Shown: positions 39,048 through 49,324 of the stretch, piece by piece | Layout: each line of letters opens with the position of its first letter | How positions within the stretch are numbered: the first letter of the stretch is position 1 | Source: a virus | Lineage: Duplodnaviria > Caudoviricetes | Direction: 5' to 3' (one strand) | Virus record (IMG/VR): IMGVR_UViG_2888028904_000001 | Coordinates: 1-64,000 of that record | Length of the DNA stretch: 64,000 nucleotides | Position numbers and translations under genes: made by a program | Notes under the pieces: model-generated | What the model was told of the DNA's origin: nothing | Databases searched by the model: none | What the model saw: the letters and a program-made list of their open reading frames with translations, nothing else

Positions 39048-39821
39048 TTATTGTCCTAGATCTATTTGTAACCGTTCTGCTTCACACTCTGCTAAATGTA
39101 GTAAATGACCTAAGGATACAAGCCGAGATGCGCTAGTGCCATGCCCATATTCGACATCCTGCAAAAGGCGAGTTTTTTCATATAACTTATGTGATAGACC
39201 TCTCCATATCTCATTTAATTGGGAGTAGATTTGAATCTCTATATGAAAATCATCGGTGTAGATAATATCTGCATGGTAAGCAAAATAACCGCTCGCCATC
39301 TTTGCCTCTTGCTCCACTTTTATTTCTAATATGTCATTGTAATCATCTAATGATATTTGATTCATTTGAAGCTTTTCTCTCCATTTTGGTAATGCCTTGC
39401 TGAAGTCATTTGCAAACTTGTGAGTGCTTAAAATTACTGAACTTCTTGCTAAGTCTTTTATATTGTGTTTAATGTTGGTTGATGTGACGTATTCTGACGC
39501 ATCTTTGTTCTTTCTCCATAATTTATCAATTATTGATTCAATCGGCTTGAATATGTCGTTGTATCTTCCTGTTGATAGTTGGGTATTTAAAAGTATTTCA
39601 CACTTATATGAAGAAACGTCTACATCAGCAGTCTGTTTAGCTCTTAACAAAACGGTATTAAGTTGATCTAATAGTCTCGCGAGTTTTTCAAATCTATCTC
39701 TATTTGCTTCCAATGAATTAATTATGTTTGTTAACTCGGTTATAATATTTAGCCCAGGCTCAACTTCAAGGTTGTGCCATGTTATATATTGGTTATAGTT
39801 GAAAGTTTTTGGGCAGTCCAT
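39048..39821 (-). CDS. RelA/SpoT-domain small alarmone synthetase (toxSAS-like)
   Basis: K..ESI.DKLWRK, DLAR, SGYFAYH, EIQIYS..W..LSHKLYEK. Confidence 0.8.
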   Translation of the reverse strand: MDCPKTFNYNQYITWHNLEVEPGLNIITELTNIINSLEANRDRFEKLARLLDQLNTVLLRAKQTADVDVSSYKCEILLNTQLSTGRYNDIFKPIESIIDKLWRKNKDASEYVTSTNIKHNIKDLARSSVILSTHKFANDFSKALPKWREKLQMNQISLDDYNDILEIKVEQEAKMASGYFAYHADIIYTDDFHIEIQIYSQLNEIWRGLSHKLYEKTRLLQDVEYGHGTSASRLVSLGHLLHLAECEAERLQIDLGQ

Positions 39822-40178
39822 TTAAAACTCCCCAATGTAAAAAGCTTTTGAAAGTCTCTTCGCAAGAGACTTAACTTCGATACTGCACCAACTCATCTCA
39901 AAGGCTAGACTGACTTGGTGTGCTTTATTGTTTTTTATATTAAATTCATTTTTAAAAAAAGTTAGACCAGAAATAACAAAAACTTCTTGGCCTTCCCATC
40001 GATTTAATCCAAATCGTTCAAGCTTATGTTCGAAAGTGGTTTGGATAGTACCAAGTTTGTCAGATAAATCATTTAAGTACCATTCTTTAGAGAATATCTC
40101 AGTCCACATTTCATGGGCTTGTTTATAAATGTCAATGACTTTTTCGTCACCATTATTAAGTAATTCAAATGTTTTCAT
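39822..40178 (-). CDS. Small hypothetical protein, candidate antitoxin of the SAS
   Basis: Its TAA directly abuts the SAS ATG. Confidence 0.6.
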   Translation of the reverse strand: MKTFELLNNGDEKVIDIYKQAHEMWTEIFSKEWYLNDLSDKLGTIQTTFEHKLERFGLNRWEGQEVFVISGLTFFKNEFNIKNNKAHQVSLAFEMSWCSIEVKSLAKRLSKAFYIGEF

Positions 40179-40441
40179 TTCATACCTTTCAAAAATTCTT
40201 ATTTATATAAATAGCTTAGTATACTACCAACAAAAATTCTTAATGCTACTTTATATAGAATTTACTCGGTTGCTCATCATTGTCTCTGTTCTCGAATATG
40301 TTCTGTGAAGAGGCTCATGCTAAATTGTTCTACGTGTTTCACAAACAGTTTTGCAACCATCAGAGTTAAGTAAGGGGCACTTCAATTATGTTGTTCTAAA
40401 CATCGAAACTGTGTGATCTCAGCATGATGCTTCGCGGTAGG

Positions 40442-40580
40442 TGTAATAGCCAACTAAAAAAGTCTCTGTTTCAGCGTTTTTCCTGTATTACCTTTCAGAT
40501 TCGTTTGGTGGTAATCCATCGCTATATTCGTGTGACATGAATGTACTGCAATATCTGACAATATCGACTCTACCTGTTCA
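40442..40580 (-). pseudogene. IS3-family (IS911-like) 3' end remnant
   Basis: Minus strand HEYSDGLPPNESE followed by ...TTTTAGTTGGCTATTACA terminus. Confidence 0.65.
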
Positions 40581-41128
40581 TCAGGGTTATAGTGGAAAGA
40601 CCTATATTCATGATTTTAACCTCATTAACAATATTGTAGTTCTGAACAACACTAATTGGGTGGATTCACGTTTTGATGTTTGTTTTAATAACGTAGTTAA
40701 AAAAACAACATATCGCTGAGATAAAGAATCAAAAAGGCTGTAATAATACAATATATTGCTGATTTAGGTATAGAGACAGATGGAGACGTTACTCTCTGCA
40801 TGTATGAAGAAAGACTATATTATCTAAAATTATATAGGTATTTTTACGCATTAACTGAAAAGTTATAGTTTCAAATTAAATTACAAAACTTGCCAAAGTA
40901 TAGTCATTTGTATTAATACTACACAGGATAGGTTTTATTTATAGTACATAATTAAGCTCGATTTGCCTCATTAGAATTATAGGGAATATAGGTAAGGATA
41001 CGAGCCAAAAATAGACTATTATTTTTTATGGAACTGTGAGTTATTTAAAATTAAAAACCTTTTTATAATTTCTGGGATGTTATACTATTCATCATTGTTT
41101 TATAATTAAAAATGAGATTACAATTATT

Positions 41129-42073
41129 ATGAATGAAAAAGATACTGAGTTTCATTGTCAAAAAAGTATTAAATTAACTATAGATGTTGATTCTGATATG
41201 ATCGAAATGTTAAATGAATGGTCTAGAATGGTTCCTACACTATATTTATTAGATATCTGTTTGGTTTCTATAATAAAATTACCAGAGGAAAGTATTAACA
41301 GAGATAAAAGAAAGAAAAAATGGATTGATGAACTTAAAAATTTAGATCGTGAACAAAATAAATTTTCATATATATGTGCGTTAATGGAAAAAGTTAGTGA
41401 TTCACGAGTAAAAATGACTGATGTCGAGTTAGAAGAACAAATATTGGGTGATGTGGCATCTTTAAGACGTTTTTTTAAAAATGCTTCTATATATGAATCT
41501 GATAAATTTTTGATTTCATTTCTCCGCGAATTAAGAGGACTACCAGTAGAAACCGATAAGGAGAAATACGTGAGGTTTCTGAAATCTGCAAATGAAAAAT
41601 TTAATTTAAAAGATGCAGTTTCACCATCAAATAGACTTAATAAAGCAAAGGAATTATTGGAAGAAGCAGATAATATAGGGATATATAAGCAACACCCAGT
41701 AGTTGTTGTTACATTAGCTTGCTTATATGGTAATCGGCAGGCTAAAAAATTAATGAAATTTAAAAAGAATGCTGATTTATTTGATGTTGAAAATGTTTTG
41801 TCCGATATACTAATTATTTCTAGGACAGCAAAGCTTAAGTTAGAAATAGAGCATTATGGAAATAATGGGAGAGGGCGTTTTCCTCGTGCTATTTTTCTTT
41901 CAGATGACACCGCCCTTAATGAAATACGTAATTGTTTTGAACCCAAGATGGTTAAAAATATAGATAGTGAAGATGGAAGAGAAAGTATACTTACATTAAC
42001 TGTTAATTTAGAAAAACTTATGACAGAAATTACGGAAGATGAACTCGCTCAACTTACTGAATTGCTAAAATAG
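41129..42073 (+). CDS. Hypothetical protein, possible PIN-like nuclease
   Basis: YLLDIC N-terminal strand-Asp, SDILI, FLSDDTAL; very low GC. Confidence 0.5.
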   Translation: MNEKDTEFHCQKSIKLTIDVDSDMIEMLNEWSRMVPTLYLLDICLVSIIKLPEESINRDKRKKKWIDELKNLDREQNKFSYICALMEKVSDSRVKMTDVELEEQILGDVASLRRFFKNASIYESDKFLISFLRELRGLPVETDKEKYVRFLKSANEKFNLKDAVSPSNRLNKAKELLEEADNIGIYKQHPVVVVTLACLYGNRQAKKLMKFKKNADLFDVENVLSDILIISRTAKLKLEIEHYGNNGRGRFPRAIFLSDDTALNEIRNCFEPKMVKNIDSEDGRESILTLTVNLEKLMTEITEDELAQLTELLK

Positions 42074-42415
42074 ATTTAATGTACTGATTACTTTTTCATG
42101 ATATAAAAAGTGATATTTCAAGTGAAGTAATATAATTTTAAATTGTAATTAAGTAAAAAATGAGATTATTGAACTCTCGAACAAAATGCTGTTAACCAGA
42201 AGGAAATAATAAATATTTCAATAAACTGTTAAAATACATGGAGTGTTTGTATATAAAAATATCAAATTTTTATTGAAATAAAAGTGTTCCCCAAAACCAC
42301 TCCAACCCAAATTAAAAATCAACCAGTTACATACAAACCAAGATCACATAAAAAAAGATTATCACCCACAATAATTATAATTTATTTGATAAGTTACTTA
42401 ATTATTATGGGTATA

Positions 42416-42580
42416 ATGCTACGCCACATGGGGTGGACAGAAGCGGCTGACTTAATCATTAAAGGTATGGAAGGCGCGATTGCCGCTAAGACTGTAACTT
42501 ATGATTTCGAACGTCAGTTAGAAGGCGCTAAACTGCTGAAATGTAGCGAGTTTGGTGACGCGATTATCAAACATATGTAA
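42416..42580 (+). pseudogene. icd: Duplicated 3' end of isocitrate dehydrogenase (att of prophage 1; core ~TGCTACGCCA)
   Basis: [34 protein letters not shown]; same att region as E. coli e14/phage 21. Confidence 0.93.
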
Positions 42581-42604
42581 TATAATTAGCGTTGCAAATT
42601 GATT

Positions 42605-42630
42605 ACGGGAACTTAAGGGTTCCCGTTTTT
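42605..42630 (+). terminator. icd terminator
   Basis: ACGGGAAC..GTTCCCGT + T run. Confidence 0.8.
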
Positions 42631-42883
42631 GTTACAGGGTTTTTTATGAGTACATGTAACGTCTTGATGCGTATTTTTGTATTAAAAGTAGCCTAATGTA
42701 GCAAAACCAAACAAACAATGAATAAAACGTAAGTGTTAAAATCAACCCATTAAAAGAGGCGATAAGGCTTTATTTATGGCGAAATGAAAAAGAAAGAAAA
42801 TAATCTGCAAACCGCATGATAAACGTGGCGAAAATTATCATTTGCAGATTATCTGATGAATCAAAATAAGGTCAGAAATAAGA

Positions 42884-44011
42884 TCAACACGCGATGGTTA
42901 TCCATTCTTTGCCACGAACATCATTATAACGGTCGGTTTGTGCTCGAGTGGCATGCCCTAATAAAGCTTGCGTATCGATACCCTGTTTTCGATATAAACG
43001 TTCTGATAATGAACGTTGTTCATGAAAGGAAGCTGGCATTCCTTCACCCCAATCAATATCAGTTTTATTTCTTGCTTTGGTGAAATTCGTTGTCATCGTA
43101 TTTGCTGTGACTGGGCCTCCTCGTTGCCCTTGCGATGTACTCCGAAAATAGTGAATTAAATAGTGGCTCACTACGCGATCACGACAGCGGTCAATGATTT
43201 CTTTAAGTGAAACATTAATGGCTTGATTGCGCAAAGAAAGGGGAATGGCCACTTTAGCGCCCGTTTTTCCTTGAACAACATGCAAGTGGTCATCCCAAAT
43301 ATCTTGAAAACGCATTCGAGAGATATCACTAATACGTTGACCTGTTACGAGAGCAAGGAGCATCGCATTACCCATATAACGGTGTTGTTTGTCCGCTAAA
43401 TCATAAATCTGATGCCATTCATCTAAAGTCAATCTTTGACGTTTTATCCGAGTTTTTGGCCTTTTAGTTGCCAATGCGGGGTTATAACCTGGTGGAACTT
43501 CACCCGCATGTTGTGCTTCTTTAAAAATATCACTAAAAACGGATCTGACTACCTGTGCCATACGCGATTGTCCCGCCGTTTTATACTCGTCGAGAATACT
43601 GACCAAATCTCGAGTGCCCACTTTGGCTAATGGGAGTAAAGCTAATTTTTGGCGCATAAGGGCGATGGGTTTTTTCTTTTGCCGATAGGTGGCCAGTTGT
43701 ATCTCTCCTTGATCTAAGCGTTCTTTTTGGATGTTCCAATAACGATCTAACCATGTGGCAACCGTAATCGACTCATCTTTGTCAGTTGCAATGCGATCAC
43801 TGATGGCTAAAATTTGACGCGTTCTTTGCTCTGCAATACGGCTATTTGCTTCGATGGCGATTAGTCGCGCTTGAGTTTCATCAGCGCCCAAGGAATGAAA
43901 TTTACCCGTTATAGGGTGACGATATCGCCAATATATTTTTCGCATTCTTGGGTGATACGTTGTATATAAATTGGGGATATCAATGTTTTTCTCACGAGGT
44001 CGTCCGATCAT
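42884..44011 (-). CDS. int: Tyrosine integrase, paralog of 1-1134
   Basis: TGQRISD, FHEQRSL, LLGH..DRY. Confidence 0.96.
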   Translation of the reverse strand: MIGRPREKNIDIPNLYTTYHPRMRKIYWRYRHPITGKFHSLGADETQARLIAIEANSRIAEQRTRQILAISDRIATDKDESITVATWLDRYWNIQKERLDQGEIQLATYRQKKKPIALMRQKLALLPLAKVGTRDLVSILDEYKTAGQSRMAQVVRSVFSDIFKEAQHAGEVPPGYNPALATKRPKTRIKRQRLTLDEWHQIYDLADKQHRYMGNAMLLALVTGQRISDISRMRFQDIWDDHLHVVQGKTGAKVAIPLSLRNQAINVSLKEIIDRCRDRVVSHYLIHYFRSTSQGQRGGPVTANTMTTNFTKARNKTDIDWGEGMPASFHEQRSLSERLYRKQGIDTQALLGHATRAQTDRYNDVRGKEWITIAC

Positions 44012-44234
44012 CTTTTAGTATCTTCCTTAATATTGGATCATCAAAGATATTGATTGAAGGGATAGCTAACATGCCGACTAAATCTGCATCTTCTCTCACT
44101 CGCCACATGCCACCTTCTTTCCTTGCAGGTGGGCAGAAAAAACCTAATCGTGCATAGCGACTTAATGTGGTGAGAGACGGTGGACGACTTTTGTATCGTT
44201 TCTCAGCCCATTCTTTTAATGTTAATACTTGCAT
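43992..44234 (-). CDS. xis: Excisionase
   Basis: TLKEWA..PPARKEG..WRV. Confidence 0.88.
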   Translation of the reverse strand: MQVLTLKEWAEKRYKSRPPSLTTLSRYARLGFFCPPARKEGGMWRVREDADLVGMLAIPSINIFDDPILRKILKDDRTTS

Positions 44235-44490
44235 TATTCTTTCCTTATATTATTAAAAATGAATTAATAATGATTATTCCTTTATTTTAAATAAATTAAT
44301 GCTGTATTTATTTGATGGCTAATTAATACGTAATTATATTTTTAGTCTTTTATTTCCTTATCGTTTAAATGAGTGGGTGTTTGTTACTTGTGATTAATTG
44401 TACTCTATGTTTCTTTATAGGCAATAACACTGTGAGGGGAAGTACATATTGAGCTGAAGTGATCCAGCTCAATAAATTAAACTAAATAAG

Positions 44491-45150
44491 TTAAAGTGTT
44501 TGAATAATTTGTATCACATAACCAATGATTTGATAATCATGAGTTAATAATATAGGCGTAAAGGCGGCATTTAATGAAACCAAATAAAGATGAGGTGGTT
44601 CTGATATTAATTTCTTAATTACCACATCATGGGTAATACTATGTTTCGCGATGATTATCTTTCCATATAATTCAATATTATTTTTAAATTCCGGCTCAAT
44701 AATAATCGTTGAACCCTTTGGTATGGAGGGGAGTGAGTAAGGGTTAGTCATTGATTCACCTTGATACACAAGCCCGTAAGCCTGCTCAGAAACAGGTACT
44801 GTCGCATAACACCAAGTTTGAATATCACTCAACCTTAATGTTTCATAACGTGTTTTCCAATCAAGGGTTTGCTCTAGTGTGATAATGGGAATTTGACGAA
44901 TATTCATTGTCTTACGTGTGATTATTAACGCATCAGCATCGGATGATGTTCCACCATAAAGTAACCATTCAGGTGAAACTTCAAGAACTTTAGCCAGTAT
45001 TTGTAAGTTTTCCCCGTCTGGTTCAGTGACTTGGGTTTCCCATTTTGTAATAGAAACTCGGCTGACACTTAACATCTTTGCTAATGACTCTTGTGTTAAG
45101 GCTAATTGCAATCGACGCTCTCTAATTCGGGTATGCATTTTGTTTCTCAT
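44491..45150 (-). CDS. cI: CI-like repressor (XRE + S24)
   Basis: TQESLAKMLSVSRVSITKWE; GESM, IKKL. Confidence 0.88.
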   Translation of the reverse strand: MRNKMHTRIRERRLQLALTQESLAKMLSVSRVSITKWETQVTEPDGENLQILAKVLEVSPEWLLYGGTSSDADALIITRKTMNIRQIPIITLEQTLDWKTRYETLRLSDIQTWCYATVPVSEQAYGLVYQGESMTNPYSLPSIPKGSTIIIEPEFKNNIELYGKIIIAKHSITHDVVIKKLISEPPHLYLVSLNAAFTPILLTHDYQIIGYVIQIIQTL

Positions 45151-45471
45151 GTAATTCCCATTTCCTTTTATTTAAGTAAAAATGATTTGCGTGTCCATTC
45201 TCTATTTATTAATTTTAATAGCGTAATCGATAACTGATTAATTTAATCTATAAAGATGTTATTTAAATTAATCCTATTAATTTAACTCACGATAGTTTCA
45301 ATGGTAATAACGGATTAGATCTTTTCGTTAAGTGTGCTAATTAAAAGTAATGCAACGGAATATTTTACAAAACAAAAGTGGAATTACCATCTTTTGTTAT
45401 TTTTTCAATTAAATTATTTTTAATTTGATGCACATCTTTTTTTTAAAAGAATGGTAGAAAAAGGAATTCAC

Positions 45472-46542
45472 ATGAAATTATTAATGGAAAAAACACGTCC
45501 TCAGATAGTCATACCTGAATTAGCAGTTCAAATTGGGTTATACGAAGCAATTGTTTTGCAACAATTACATTATTGGATAACAGAAACAATATCGGGTGTT
45601 GAATATGAAGGACGGCGATGGATCTACAATACATTACCTGATTGGCATTTACAGTTTCCCTACTTATCGCTATCAACACTAAAACGCGTCTTTACTCATC
45701 TTCGAACGGCTGGATTGATTGAAGTGAGACAGCTCAACAAACACCTTCATGATCGTACTAACTTTTATAGTATTAATTATCAGCATAAAATTTTGAAAAC
45801 GGAAGATGAAGAGCAAAATACGAATGAAGAAGGTAGTGATAATGAAACGAAAATACGCACATTCGATGGTGCCAAACAGGAACAATGGAAGGGATGCAAA
45901 AGTCAGCCTCAGAACGGTTCAAATAGGGCTCTTCTTACAGAGAATACAACAAAGATTACTACAAAGAGTAACCTTAAAAGATCTTGTTCAGATTGCTCAT
46001 CGTCAAATCGTGAACGGCCTGAAATAGACATTATTCGCTATTTTAATAAAACAACTCACTCCCATTATCGAGAATGTCAAACCACATTGGGCTATGTCCG
46101 AGCTAGGTTGGCTGATGGTTTCCAAGTCGATGAATTGATCTTAATTACCGATTACCTAACAGCAAAATGGCTCAACGATAATAAAATGCAGGATTATTTA
46201 AGACCTAAAACCCTGTTCCATAAAAACAATTGTGCAGAGTATCTTGATAAAGCGAAAAAGTGGCAATTAAAAGGACGACCCACTTATCAAAATGGGCGGT
46301 GCTTAAAGGAGGGCGAAATCCCTATTGAAATCGATTGTGTTGAAAGAGATAACACATTTAGTCTGTTATTTAGTTCAGCATGGAAGCCTAAAACAGCTCT
46401 TCAGATCCTCGCGAAAAAAATCGCCTTACAACGTGGTTTAGGGCGAATGCATATTCATAATGCTAAAGTGCTTTGGAAAGAAATTTGGTATCAGTCCGCA
46501 CAGTTAATTGCGCGTTCAACATATCACAATAGTATTAGATAA
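45472..46542 (+). CDS. Phage replication protein
   Basis: GLYEAIVLQQLHYW..G.RWIYNT; YLRP.TLF; C-terminus shared with prophage 1 rep. Confidence 0.85.
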   Translation: MKLLMEKTRPQIVIPELAVQIGLYEAIVLQQLHYWITETISGVEYEGRRWIYNTLPDWHLQFPYLSLSTLKRVFTHLRTAGLIEVRQLNKHLHDRTNFYSINYQHKILKTEDEEQNTNEEGSDNETKIRTFDGAKQEQWKGCKSQPQNGSNRALLTENTTKITTKSNLKRSCSDCSSSNRERPEIDIIRYFNKTTHSHYRECQTTLGYVRARLADGFQVDELILITDYLTAKWLNDNKMQDYLRPKTLFHKNNCAEYLDKAKKWQLKGRPTYQNGRCLKEGEIPIEIDCVERDNTFSLLFSSAWKPKTALQILAKKIALQRGLGRMHIHNAKVLWKEIWYQSAQLIARSTYHNSIR

Positions 46543-46555
46543 AGGTATTTGCGAC

Positions 46556-46951
46556 ATGAGAGATATACAGCAAGTATTAGAACGATGGGGTGCTTGGGCA
46601 TCTGATGTACAAAGTGGTGTGGATTATTCTCATATTGCTGCGGGCTTTAAAGGGATATTACCTTATCAATCATCATCTCGTATCAGTTGTTGCGATGATG
46701 ATGGATTGATCATTGATTCTGCTATCGCTCGCCTAAAACAACTGAGAAAAGAAGAAGAGGTGAATGCACTTATATTACATTATATTTATCAGCATCCTAA
46801 AAGAAGTATTGCGAGGCGTTGGAAAATAAGTGAAAGCCGAGTTCGCCAAATTATACAAGTTGCAGAGGGTTTTGTTGAAGGAGGGCTGGCAATGTTAGAA
46901 ATATGTTTAGAGATGGATCATGAAGTTTATTGTTATAAGAAAACAAATTAA
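46556..46951 (+). CDS. Q: Antiterminator Q
   Basis: MRDIQQVLERWGAW..CCDDDG. Confidence 0.9.
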   Translation: MRDIQQVLERWGAWASDVQSGVDYSHIAAGFKGILPYQSSSRISCCDDDGLIIDSAIARLKQLRKEEEVNALILHYIYQHPKRSIARRWKISESRVRQIIQVAEGFVEGGLAMLEICLEMDHEVYCYKKTN

Positions 46952-47177
46952 ATAAAAAAGTATTAACGCGCTACGCAAATTAGCTGTTAATCTAATAAAA
47001 ATAAAGATATTTACCTGGCTTATAATTTATCTAAAAGGGTAATATTAAATAATGAAACATCAAATACTACTTTAATTAATGTTTATATAGCCTAATCTTG
47101 TTAAGTAATGCTTAATTTTTAAGGTTTGAATTTTTATGATATAAACTTACATCTTCATTTTAAATGTTAGAGTTATT

Positions 47178-47438
47178 ATGATCCCTAAAAGACTAAAAAC
47201 GGCAAGAGCAAGAGTTGAATTAACTCAAGAGGAGTTGGGGATTTTAGCTGGGATAGATGAGGAGTCAGCTAAAATTAGAGTTTGCCAATATGAGTCAGGC
47301 ACACATCGTCCTAATTTTGAAACTATTTGCCGATTTGCCAAAATATTGAAAGTACCAGAAAATTATTTTTACACTTTAAATGATGAATTCGCAGAAGAGC
47401 TAATTTTTATTTATAATGAAAAATATAATCCACTATAA
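47178..47438 (+). CDS. XRE-family HTH regulator
   Basis: RLK.AR....TQEELG..R..QYE.G.H.P. Confidence 0.9.
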   Translation: MIPKRLKTARARVELTQEELGILAGIDEESAKIRVCQYESGTHRPNFETICRFAKILKVPENYFYTLNDEFAEELIFIYNEKYNPL

Positions 47439-47612
47439 AATTCGTTTTAAAAAAGTGCTATACACGTTTTTTAAATTTATGATATAAAATAAATGAATTA
47501 CTAAAATAAAAATACTATTTTTAAAGAAATTGCTATTTGCTTAATGATTGGGAGGTGGGGCAGAATAGATAAAATAAATATCTTATTAATTTAAAAATTA
47601 TTGGTTATAGCT

Positions 47613-47870
47613 ATGGTTCATCTTAGATTAAGATATGCCCGTAAAATGGCAAAATTAACTCAGGCAAGATTAGGTATACTGGCAGGAATAAATATAGATC
47701 ATGCGCGTTCAAGAGTCTGTCAGTATGAATTAGGGGTTCATAGACCAACTTTTGAAATGGTATGTAAGTTTGCCAAAATACTTAATTTACCTGAATGTTA
47801 TTTTTATACTGTTAATGAATATTTAGCAGAGGATATAATGAAATTATATCGTGAAAAATATAATAAGTAG
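47613..47870 (+). CDS. XRE-family HTH regulator (paralog of 47178)
   Basis: Same motifs RVCQYE.G.HRP.FE. Confidence 0.88.
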   Translation: MVHLRLRYARKMAKLTQARLGILAGINIDHARSRVCQYELGVHRPTFEMVCKFAKILNLPECYFYTVNEYLAEDIMKLYREKYNK

Positions 47871-47875
47871 TAAAT

Positions 47876-48148
47876 CTACAGTTTATGTTTATCGTTTGAT
47901 TTTTGCTCTCTCGTTTTGCGAACAATTTGATTTCCATGTTCATCAAAATAACGCTCAGGCCATATTGTTGATGGGGGCAAATTAAGTTCTTGAGCGATAA
48001 GTTGTTCTCCTTTAGGCCATGGACGGGACAATGCATTAGACAGAGTTGATGAGCTTAAGCCTGCGGCTCTGGAAATCTCTGCTAACGTTGTCCCTTTTTT
48101 CTTTAATGATGCGATAATATCTGCTGCATGCCAATTTTTATTAATCAT
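47876..48148 (-). CDS. Ner/Nlp (SfsB)-family regulator
   Basis: WH.ADIIA.L.K.G..L..LSRPWPKGE..IA..IWP.RY. Confidence 0.92.
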   Translation of the reverse strand: MINKNWHAADIIASLKKKGTTLAEISRAAGLSSSTLSNALSRPWPKGEQLIAQELNLPPSTIWPERYFDEHGNQIVRKTREQKSNDKHKL

Positions 48149-48451
48149 ATACTTTCCTGTATGATTTGTTAGTTTAATTTAAAAATTTTAATGTGTAGTT
48201 ATTTCCAAACAAATTCATTTTAAATAAATTAATTTTTTATATCAAATAGAATAAATCTTATTTTTAAATGTAGTAGATTAGTATTTCTATTTATAAAAAT
48301 ATCTTAAATATATAAATTAATATTTTTGTTTTTATAATTATCAATAAAGTTATTTATTTAAAAATAATCTGACAAAAGAACTTGCTGTTTATAGGATGAA
48401 GAGTTACACCTTTAGATATATTATTTGTTTAAAATAAAGGTGTAAAATATC

Positions 48452-48658
48452 ATGATAAAACAGAGTGATATGACTATTCAGGCATATGATATATTAGAAA
48501 TAATATCACAAAGTACGTGTAAGAATATAATAGAAATCGTAAGTGAATCTAAACTCAGTTATGAAAGTTGTGAGTTTTTACTCACTCAATTAGAAATGGC
48601 GGAATTAATTTTAAAACAAGATGATTTTTATAAGCGAACAAGTAAAAGAATTGATTAA
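48452..48658 (+). CDS. Small winged-helix-like protein
   Basis: RBS; EIV.ESKLS...C..LLTQLE.AEL pattern. Confidence 0.5.
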   Translation: MIKQSDMTIQAYDILEIISQSTCKNIIEIVSESKLSYESCEFLLTQLEMAELILKQDDFYKRTSKRID

Positions 48659-48843
48659 ATACTTTATATTATAATAAAAGGTATCAGTTTGTATTTTTCT
48701 TGCATAAAAGATGAATTTGCACTTGATAAACCGCAGATAAAGATAAGATTGAATAATTATTTTATAAATAAAAATTCAAGATAAAGCCTTTCGATTAATT
48801 GACGATATACATAATGACTTATCTTAAATGAGAGATTAAATTT

Positions 48844-49227
48844 GTGAAAAAAATCTTATTATTATCACTACTGTTTAGTTCTTCTGTTTTTGCACAAAAT
48901 GTCGATGTGGGGCAAGTATGTAAAGCTTCTGCGGCAACCATGTTTGGTCGAGATCATAAGATTATGCAATTAGATACTATTGAAAACGGTATTGCTTATG
49001 TTCATTACATTCGTTCAGTTGATAACAGTCGCTGGGCTATAAAATGCAAGCTAAACGGTGAAAAGGTAATTTGGGCATCAAATAATGCTGATAGTATTGG
49101 TCGATGGAGGAATGATCCTTTAGATAGTATTGTGAAATATTCTGTAAATGGTGGGGATATCACGATTTCTGAAATTTATAGTGATGGTTCTAAAACGGAA
49201 AAAACATATCCAATAAAAGAGCTATAA
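48844..49227 (+). CDS. Secreted hypothetical protein
   Basis: Signal peptide MKKILLLSLL..VFA; two Cys. Confidence 0.7.
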   Translation: MKKILLLSLLFSSSVFAQNVDVGQVCKASAATMFGRDHKIMQLDTIENGIAYVHYIRSVDNSRWAIKCKLNGEKVIWASNNADSIGRWRNDPLDSIVKYSVNGGDITISEIYSDGSKTEKTYPIKEL

Positions 49228-49324
49228 ATTACCACTGGTTTTTGAACTCTTTTATATTAAATATAAATACAAGTCAGAAGTTTGATAATTTCTGGCTTTT
49301 TTGTTGCCTCAATAAAGGATATAG

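Larger units (their letters stand above)
1..42430. mobile_element. Lambdoid prophage 1 (HK97-type head, siphovirus tail) integrated in icd; left boundary outside window
   Basis: Full gene order int-xis-cI-cro-rep-Q-lysis-HNH-terS-terL-portal-protease-capsid-tail; ends at duplicated icd 3' end. Confidence 0.95.

Noticed and set aside
40537-40719. 60-aa ORF
   Set aside because: Overlaps the IS remnant; no coding signal
42284-42580. 98-aa ORF as a real gene
   Set aside because: It is att-arm DNA running in frame into the icd 3' duplicate
48157-48172. LexA box upstream of the Ner gene
   Set aside because: CTG-N10-TAG lacks the conserved CAG
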